Assembly (NCBI GenBank): GCA_013387205.1 | Contig: WARV01000007.1 | Coordinates: forward strand, 1 to 57,718 | Direction of reading: 5' to 3' | Source: Patescibacteria group bacterium | GTDB lineage: Bacteria; Patescibacteriota; Doudnabacteria; UBA920 | Length of the DNA stretch: 57,718 nt | Shown here: positions 52,142 to 57,718 of the stretch, in pieces | Numbering within the stretch: the stretch's first letter is position 1 | Layout: every line of letters starts with the position of its first letter | The notes under the pieces: generated by a model | Seen by the model: the letters and a program-made list of their open reading frames with translations, nothing else | Databases searched by the model: none | Told to the model about the DNA's origin: nothing | Program-made: the position numbers and the translations under genes

Positions 52142-52146
52142 GATTC

Positions 52147-52258
52147 TCTACTAAATACGAAATAATACTAAATATACTAAAACAAATACTAGCATTGATA
52201 ACAATTAAGTATACTTATATATTTTTAGTATATTTAGTACCTTTTAGTATTTAGTAGA
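52147..52258. repeat. MITE-like palindromic element (TCTACTAAATA... arms), copy 2, inverted relative to copy 1
   Basis: The right arm tttagtatatttagtaccttttagtatttagtaga (52224-52258) is the exact reverse complement of 14695-14729. The centre shares caattaagtatactt with copy 1. Confidence 0.85.
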
Positions 52259-52288
52259 GAGATTTAATGGAAATTAATAACTATTTTT

Positions 52289-53119
52289 ATGAGCATTGAT
52301 TATGTAAAGAATTTACTTCAAAAGTATAACCTCAAACCCAATTTCACTTACGGGCAGAATTTTTTGGTTGATGAAATTATTTTGCAGGACATAGTCGACG
52401 AAGCCGGAATAACCAAAGACGATTGCATTCTGGAAATCGGCCCCGGGATTGGCAACTTGACCAGGTTATTATTGGATCGCGCCAAACTAGTTTTGAGTAT
52501 TGAGAAGGATCCAAAGTTTCTGCCTCTGCTCAAATCCATTAAAAAGGAACATAAAAATTTCCGCTATGAGCTTGCCGACGCTTTGGAATATGATTTCCAA
52601 AAATTTTTCAACGAGCAGGGCTGTAAGTCCTACAAAGTCGTTGCCAACATCCCATACTACATTACCGGGAAAATTTTACAGACGTTACTCGCGGCCAAAT
52701 TTAAACCATCATCGATTATCGTCCTGACACAAAAAGAAGTCGCGCAGAACGTGGTGGCCAAAGCAGGGGATTTAAGCATCCTGGCTATTTCGGTCCAGTT
52801 ATTCGGCCAGCCGAAGATTTTAAAAATAGTACCGGCAAAAAGTTTTTATCCGGCGCCGAAAGTCGACAGTGCGGTTTTGAAAATTTCGCCATACGAAAAA
52901 CCCGAATATGAAGTTGCGGATGAAAAAAGATTTTTCAAAATTCTGAAAGCGTGTTTTGCCGGCAAGCGGAAGCAGATCCATAACACTTTGGAGAATAATC
53001 TGCTGTTGTCCAAAGACGATGTGAAGAAAATCTTAGCGGATTTAAAAATCAGTTCCCAGGCCCGGCCGCAGGAGCTGACTATTGAACAATGGATTGAATT
53101 AACTAACCGAATTTCTTAA
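52289..53119 (+). CDS. rsmA: 16S rRNA (adenine1518/1519-N6)-dimethyltransferase
   Basis: GQNFLVD, SAM-binding ILEIGPGIGNLT, NIPYYIT. Confidence 0.9.
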   Translation: MSIDYVKNLLQKYNLKPNFTYGQNFLVDEIILQDIVDEAGITKDDCILEIGPGIGNLTRLLLDRAKLVLSIEKDPKFLPLLKSIKKEHKNFRYELADALEYDFQKFFNEQGCKSYKVVANIPYYITGKILQTLLAAKFKPSSIIVLTQKEVAQNVVAKAGDLSILAISVQLFGQPKILKIVPAKSFYPAPKVDSAVLKISPYEKPEYEVADEKRFFKILKACFAGKRKQIHNTLENNLLLSKDDVKKILADLKISSQARPQELTIEQWIELTNRIS

Positions 53120-53135
53120 TTTCGCGAAGCGGATT

Positions 53136-53666
53136 TCATTCTTCAAGATCTACCACATCACCATTGGTGATGTGGTTTTTTTCTGTCCATCCGGCGTTGA
53201 TTTCAAGAACGCTGTCAACACTGGAAGGAGGGTAGTATAATTTTAGATTTTTAATTTCAGAACCTGCCCTGAGCTTGTCGAAGGGTTTTAGATTTTTGCC
53301 TGGGGCTGGGACGTTGGGAGTTATGCCGATAATTTTTTTATCTTTTATCCAAATAAAGTCCAGACTGAAATTCATATCCTTCATCCAAAAGCCCGGCGTC
53401 TGGCTGGCGCCTTGGCCGAAATCAAACAGCATGCCCTGGTTGTCTGAAAGTTTTTCACGGCCCGACAATCCTTGCTTCATTTCGTCGGAAGTTTTAGCGA
53501 CCTCAACCAAAATAATTTTGCTTCCAACCTTCAGCCTGGTGCCGTAATTATAATTTTGTTCTTGCTTGGTAGGGGACATAGGAGACGTCGGCTCCTTACT
53601 GCATGACGCAGATACCAACAGTGCAATTACCATCAAGAAAATTATTTTTGCGGAATGTTTTTTCAT
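53136..53666 (-). CDS. DUF192-domain lipoprotein with a 15-codon repeat-derived insertion
   Basis: Lipobox LVSASC. DUF192 core GLSGREKLSDNQGMLFDF..GFWMKDMNFSLDFIWI. C-terminal VLEINAGW. Confidence 0.75.
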   Translation of the reverse strand: MKKHSAKIIFLMVIALLVSASCSKEPTSPMSPTKQEQNYNYGTRLKVGSKIILVEVAKTSDEMKQGLSGREKLSDNQGMLFDFGQGASQTPGFWMKDMNFSLDFIWIKDKKIIGITPNVPAPGKNLKPFDKLRAGSEIKNLKLYYPPSSVDSVLEINAGWTEKNHITNGDVVDLEE

Positions 53667-53702
53667 AGAATTATCATACCATGAGAAAAAAAATTTTGCC
53701 TA

Positions 53703-53731
53703 TTGCAAAATTTTCCAAAGTGTGCTATAAT
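53703..53731 (+). promoter_or_regulatory. Sigma-70-type promoter of the 53870-57627 operon
   Basis: TTGCAA (53703-53708), 17 nt, TGTGCTATAAT (TATAAT at 53726-53731). Confidence 0.55.
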
Positions 53732-53869
53732 AGATATAGAAGTTTAGGAAAGCAAACAAGAAACCAAAAGAAAAATACAAATTGCTTAGTATTTCTTTAA
53801 GTTTTGGCCCATTTGGCCCAAGCTTGTTTCTGTTTGTCCGGATGTTTTTCAAAACGGTAAAAATAACAT

Positions 53870-54898
53870 ATGGCAAGACATAAAAATTTTTTTAAATTAA
53901 TAATATTACCAGGAGGCATTTCTGTTGTGCTGCTTTTATTCATGTTGTCACCGCAGGCAACTGCCCAAAATAATGCTCCTGCAAAGTTAGTTAAAACCGG
54001 CAGCAACCCAACAGTTTTTTACGTAAACAGTAATGGAAATAAAATTCCGCTTGCTTCGTCAAAAATATTTTTATCATACAAATTTAAATGGAAAGACGTG
54101 AGGACAATTTCTGAACAGGAGTTGGGTGCTTATCCGGATGCTTTGTATATCAAGCTCAGTAATTCCAAAAAAATATACAAGATAGAAAACGGAATAAAAA
54201 GATTGGTAACCCAAGAAGCGGTAGCACTGTTAAATTTATCTGACAAGGAAATATTTTCAGTCAACAAAACCCACTTTGATTCTTTCAAAACCGGGAATGA
54301 TTTACTGGCAGGGGAGGTAAATACAATCTCTGCAAAAGCCGATACCGAGTCTCCGAGCTTCCAGTTGGATAATTCGTCCGGCGGGTGCACGGAAGATGCC
54401 AGTGTTGGAGGAAGAGATGGATGCGTGATGTACCAGGCAATTACGGAAGGTAAGGTTTCCTTGTGCGACAGCGTGCAGGATGAAAAATGGAAGAGTGCTT
54501 GTTTTGGCAGCTTCGAAGGGGATGCGAATGATCCATTTTCCAACTGCAGGAAATTGGATAATACGCAATACAGGAATGATTGCTTTATGAGAATAGCGGT
54601 TAAGAAAAAAGATTTGCAATTGTGCCAGAATGTTTTTTCAGGCAGCGCGGATGCAAGTAAAAAAATAGAATGCCAGGCTAACATTGGAGTTGTGGCTAAT
54701 CGTCCGGACTTGTGCGAGAAGCTTCCTGACTTCGCCGGTGACGAGGCTAAAGCTACCAAAGATTCTTGTTATTATTCTTTTGCTCTTATTAATAATAACG
54801 GCAGCGTGTGCGACAAGATAAAAGACGGTTCGCCGTTTAAGGCCGCATGCAAGAAATTTATTTTGCAAACGAACCAAGTCCAGGCGGCATCGCAATAA
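53870..54898 (+). CDS. Secreted protein, unknown N-domain + Cys-rich C-terminal repeats
   Basis: Signal ..LLLFMLSPQATAQ. The C-terminal half has 16 Cys, spaced in repeated pairs such as LC..(V/I)......C. Confidence 0.6.
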   Translation: MARHKNFFKLIILPGGISVVLLLFMLSPQATAQNNAPAKLVKTGSNPTVFYVNSNGNKIPLASSKIFLSYKFKWKDVRTISEQELGAYPDALYIKLSNSKKIYKIENGIKRLVTQEAVALLNLSDKEIFSVNKTHFDSFKTGNDLLAGEVNTISAKADTESPSFQLDNSSGGCTEDASVGGRDGCVMYQAITEGKVSLCDSVQDEKWKSACFGSFEGDANDPFSNCRKLDNTQYRNDCFMRIAVKKKDLQLCQNVFSGSADASKKIECQANIGVVANRPDLCEKLPDFAGDEAKATKDSCYYSFALINNNGSVCDKIKDGSPFKAACKKFILQTNQVQAASQ

Positions 54899-54904
54899 AA
54901 ATTT

Positions 54905-55252
54905 ATGAAAAACAAAAAAACAAAAATTTATACAGCGTTATGTTTAACCGTTATGGCAATTGCCGGGAATTTTTTGGTTATGCCTAAAAAAGCAATGGCA
55001 CTGCCGATAGATATTCCGGTTGGTGGAGTTTTCCTTCCCGGAGTGTTTGATATTTATACGCCAACGCTGGCATGTGGCCTGATAGTTTCCGTGGCGGGCC
55101 CGAATCCCGGAGTTTTTACATTTGGCGTTACTAATTTTTATCGGTATTTTCCTATGACCCCAATGCACGTTGGGACAAGCATGCTCGGGTTGGCTACGCC
55201 AATTCCGCCTTGCCCGCCGCTCTTACATACGGTGGGGTCAAGTTTGAATTAA
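54905..55252 (+). CDS. Small secreted protein (115 aa), unknown function
   Basis: Signal/TM ALCLTVMAIAGNFLVMP..AMA and a Gly/Pro-rich mature part. Starts 6 nt after the upstream stop. Confidence 0.55.
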   Translation: MKNKKTKIYTALCLTVMAIAGNFLVMPKKAMALPIDIPVGGVFLPGVFDIYTPTLACGLIVSVAGPNPGVFTFGVTNFYRYFPMTPMHVGTSMLGLATPIPPCPPLLHTVGSSLN

Positions 55253-55263
55253 TTTTTAAATAT

Positions 55264-55989
55264 ATGAATCAAGATAACGCACTAATAAATCAAACAATAA
55301 AAAACAACCACCTTGATTTCGGCCATTTTAAATTAGTGGCTGTGGTTGCTTTGGCCTTGCTCGGTATTACTTTTTTAAAAAATCCGTCCTTGTTTTCGTT
55401 TAAGGGAAAAAACGTCCTGGTTGTTTCGCAGGATAGGCCGCGGTATTACGCATATGTGCCTCCGGCGGAAGATGCCATGCCAATGGTGGCCGGAGCAAGT
55501 ACCCAACCGTCGGGCCCCAGCGTTATTAATGAAGATGGAAGCCTATCGAAGGTTGGCGATGAAGGGTTGGTATTAGGAGCTGATACACAAGATATTTTGT
55601 TAACAGAAAAATCATTGCATATAGTGCCTGATACGCAACAATCCGTATCTGATTATATCAGCAGTTCTAAATCCATTGAACAGGATTATTTTAATAACTT
55701 TAGTTTTGAACAGGCTCTGGAAGCCCATGATGACAGTATTGGCAAACAAGAGCATCAAAAAATAGATTCAATCGCAAGCTCTTTATCTGAAATGACAGTG
55801 CCGGTTTCTTTTGAAAAGTATCATCAGTATAAGATGTTACGCTACCATGCCGCCGCAGATATGTTAAAATTTTTACCGTCAGCCCAAACAAACCCGCAGC
55901 CTGAAGCAGAAGCTTTCCAAAGTTTTTTAAAGTATCAGCAATTAGAAGCCGGAGAAATTCAGAAATTAGAGACAAATTTTAGTTTCTAA
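55264..55989 (+). CDS. Membrane-anchored protein (241 aa), unknown function
   Basis: ATG 55264 and TM FKLVAVVALALLGITFL. The track start 55210 overlaps the upstream gene. Confidence 0.55.
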   Translation: MNQDNALINQTIKNNHLDFGHFKLVAVVALALLGITFLKNPSLFSFKGKNVLVVSQDRPRYYAYVPPAEDAMPMVAGASTQPSGPSVINEDGSLSKVGDEGLVLGADTQDILLTEKSLHIVPDTQQSVSDYISSSKSIEQDYFNNFSFEQALEAHDDSIGKQEHQKIDSIASSLSEMTVPVSFEKYHQYKMLRYHAAADMLKFLPSAQTNPQPEAEAFQSFLKYQQLEAGEIQKLETNFSF

Positions 55990-56007
55990 AGCAAATATTT
56001 AAATACA

Positions 56008-57627
56008 ATGAAAATACAAAGAAACATCAAAATAATACTATCAATCTGGGTTTTTATAGCTTTTGTCGTCTTTCAAATATCGCCGGTGGAGGCTTTCAGC
56101 GAAGTACCGACGCAAGATAAACTTGTCCAGAGCAGCCTGGTTAGTGATGATGATTTGCAAATGGGGGGTATTGGAGGGTTGATTTCGACCATTGGTTCAT
56201 TTTTTGGGAGTGATGTTAGCAGTGTAATTAATAGCGTTTCAAAAAAAGTCAACCAGACTTTAAGCACGGTTAGGGTAGGTATGTCTGCAGTCCAGACAGT
56301 AAAATGCATGCAGAGCCAATTTTTGACATCGTTAAATAATTTTAAGGATGCGAATTATTGGCAATCTACAGTAGGCGCGAATTTGATAATGAATCCGGCG
56401 CAAGAACAGCAGGTGGTTGCCAATTCACTCCAAGCGTTAAATGGTACTCAGAATTGTGTGGAAGCAGAAATTAACACTTTAAGGGCGGCAGCTCCCGCTA
56501 CCGTCATTGGAGGGCAAAAAGTACAAGCGATGTTGGATGATTTAACCAAGATGAAAAACACAATTGACGCTCGCCGTGATGAACTAAGTAAACAGCTTAG
56601 GCAGTCGCAACGTGGTTATTGGAGCACTAAAACCACGCAGCAATTAACCGCCTTAACAAGAAAGAACAGCGGTGATTTGGTAAAGAATACCACAAATAAA
56701 TTTAAAATAACGGATTTCCAGAAATATACGAATTCAGTATCGGACCTGGTTTATACAAAGCAAGCAGTTAGGCAAGCCGCGCCGTCTTCAAAGGACCAGT
56801 TTGCGGTTTATTCTATCATAACCAACCCGCAAAAAAATAAAAATACAGTATCGCCTGCTATATCGAAAAAAGCCCAGGATAATTTGGGTTTTAATCCAAA
56901 TACCATATCATTAACATCCCAGAATTTTTACTCAGATATGGCCAAAGTTGGCGCATCGCAAAACGATAAGTTTTTTTTGCAAACTATGGCTATAAGCCAG
57001 GCTGACCAAGTAAAAGCCGCGGGACAGGAAGCGGCACGGTTAGAAGTTGAAAAAGGTGATGGCTATAAAGCCCCTCGCGGTAATTGCAAAGATGAATCGC
57101 AGCAAATTGCGATAAATTTAGAATTTCAGGCTATTAATGATAAAATTCAGGACAGAACAAATTTATTAAAAAGATTGAAAGATTCGCAAGATGTGGGGAT
57201 AGAAGTTGACGAACTCGATATTCAAAGAACCCAGCAGGATTTGGATCAAGCTAATGCCGAACTGGAAAATGTATATCAAAAATATGAATCAGCGACTATT
57301 CCAACATGTGACGGCTTAGTTGCACCCGCAGACAGTGTTAAGCAGGTGGTTTCTGAAGGATATGCGAATTATGCTAAAGATTTGGGTAATTATAATGAAA
57401 ATGCGTTGAGTGATTACTTGACTATTGTCCCGGATGTAACTAACGGTTTAACCAATGATTTGTTATATGCTGGAAACAATGCCGGCTTTTCAAGGATTGG
57501 TCTTCAGCCGCAAGTTTTGGGTGTTTCAACAAGTTCTGGAACAAGGAATATTAAAGAAGATTCCAGGTTGGTCCAACCTTTGCAAATTCGTGGACAGAAG
57601 GGGTTGCAACCACGGGGTTCATATTAA
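56008..57627 (+). CDS. Secreted, largely alpha-helical protein (539 aa), unknown function
   Basis: Signal ILSIWVFIAFVVFQISPVEA and Q/N/K-rich helical segments. A terminator follows. Confidence 0.6.
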   Translation: MKIQRNIKIILSIWVFIAFVVFQISPVEAFSEVPTQDKLVQSSLVSDDDLQMGGIGGLISTIGSFFGSDVSSVINSVSKKVNQTLSTVRVGMSAVQTVKCMQSQFLTSLNNFKDANYWQSTVGANLIMNPAQEQQVVANSLQALNGTQNCVEAEINTLRAAAPATVIGGQKVQAMLDDLTKMKNTIDARRDELSKQLRQSQRGYWSTKTTQQLTALTRKNSGDLVKNTTNKFKITDFQKYTNSVSDLVYTKQAVRQAAPSSKDQFAVYSIITNPQKNKNTVSPAISKKAQDNLGFNPNTISLTSQNFYSDMAKVGASQNDKFFLQTMAISQADQVKAAGQEAARLEVEKGDGYKAPRGNCKDESQQIAINLEFQAINDKIQDRTNLLKRLKDSQDVGIEVDELDIQRTQQDLDQANAELENVYQKYESATIPTCDGLVAPADSVKQVVSEGYANYAKDLGNYNENALSDYLTIVPDVTNGLTNDLLYAGNNAGFSRIGLQPQVLGVSTSSGTRNIKEDSRLVQPLQIRGQKGLQPRGSY

Positions 57628-57635
57628 AGATTATT

Positions 57636-57669
57636 AAAACAGCCACCAACAATTGTTGGTGGCTGTTTT
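57636..57669 (+). terminator. Rho-independent terminator (perfect 34-nt palindrome)
   Basis: aaaacagccaccaacaa|ttgttggtggctgtttt followed by gtttt. Confidence 0.85.
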
Positions 57670-57718
57670 GTTTTATCCAAAGTCAACTTAATGAATTACC
57701 CAAAAATTGACGGCCGTG

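Noticed and set aside
1-57718. Possibility that the abundant palindromic repeats form a CRISPR array.
   Set aside because: The copies are dispersed one or two per intergenic gap. There is no regular repeat-spacer periodicity and there are no cas genes.
1-57718. Alternative genetic code (UGA recoding as in some CPR lineages, or TAG reassignment).
   Set aside because: All housekeeping genes (argS, ileS, pcrA, PBP1A, RND) are full length under the standard code. The single suspicious TAG in the NUDIX gene is treated as a local event.
1-57718. tRNA or rRNA genes.
   Set aside because: I found no cloverleaf-compatible GTTC(G/A)A(A/T)TC T-arm contexts or rRNA-like segments outside the tmRNA T-arm. 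A tRNAscan/ARAGORN run is still advisable.

Overview
This is 57.7 kb of bacterial chromosome. It reads cleanly with the standard genetic code, since long ORFs are intact with TAA/TAG/TGA as stops.

**Likely organism (inference only).** The window looks like a small-genome monoderm lineage such as Patescibacteria/CPR. Supporting gene content is tmRNA plus SmpB, ArgS, IleS, RecO, PcrA/UvrD, RsmA/KsgA, PBP1A, a LysM-CHAP hydrolase, GIY-YIG mini-genes and many signal-peptide or TM proteins of unknown function. No outer-membrane components were seen, and the intergenic DNA has an unusual repeat-rich style.

**Layout.**
- A 5'-truncated giant surface protein (2-4891).
- Two efflux modules in tandem: MFP+RND (5555-10546), then MFP plus MacB-type ATPase plus permease (11039-14682).
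- A block of small secreted or membrane proteins, a cupredoxin, a beta-lactamase-like hydrolase, an SH3 protein and a GIY-YIG gene (14.8-21 kb).
- PBP1A.
- ssrA (24773-25169), followed by a visibly AT-richer islet that ends in a 1055-aa PHP-phosphoesterase / Rad50-like ABC-ATPase fusion (27879-31046).
- A cobalamin riboswitch (about 31250-31440) driving a 143-aa secreted protein.
- A housekeeping block: NUDIX, HtrA-like protease, histidine phosphatase, DUF948/YtxH pair, PLD-type nuclease, smpB, argS, VOC, ileS, recO, pcrA, rsmA.
- A terminal four-gene operon of unknown secreted proteins (53870-57627).

**Strongest non-genic signal.** Almost every intergenic gap carries members of several families of perfect or near-perfect palindromic, MITE-like elements. 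Copies or relatives of these elements sit in frame inside argS, a DUF192 gene and probably ileS.

**Not found.** I recognised no rRNA, tRNA, CRISPR array, transposase or integrase.

**Limits.** All family assignments are motif-level readings by eye. No BLAST, HMM or Rfam search was possible.
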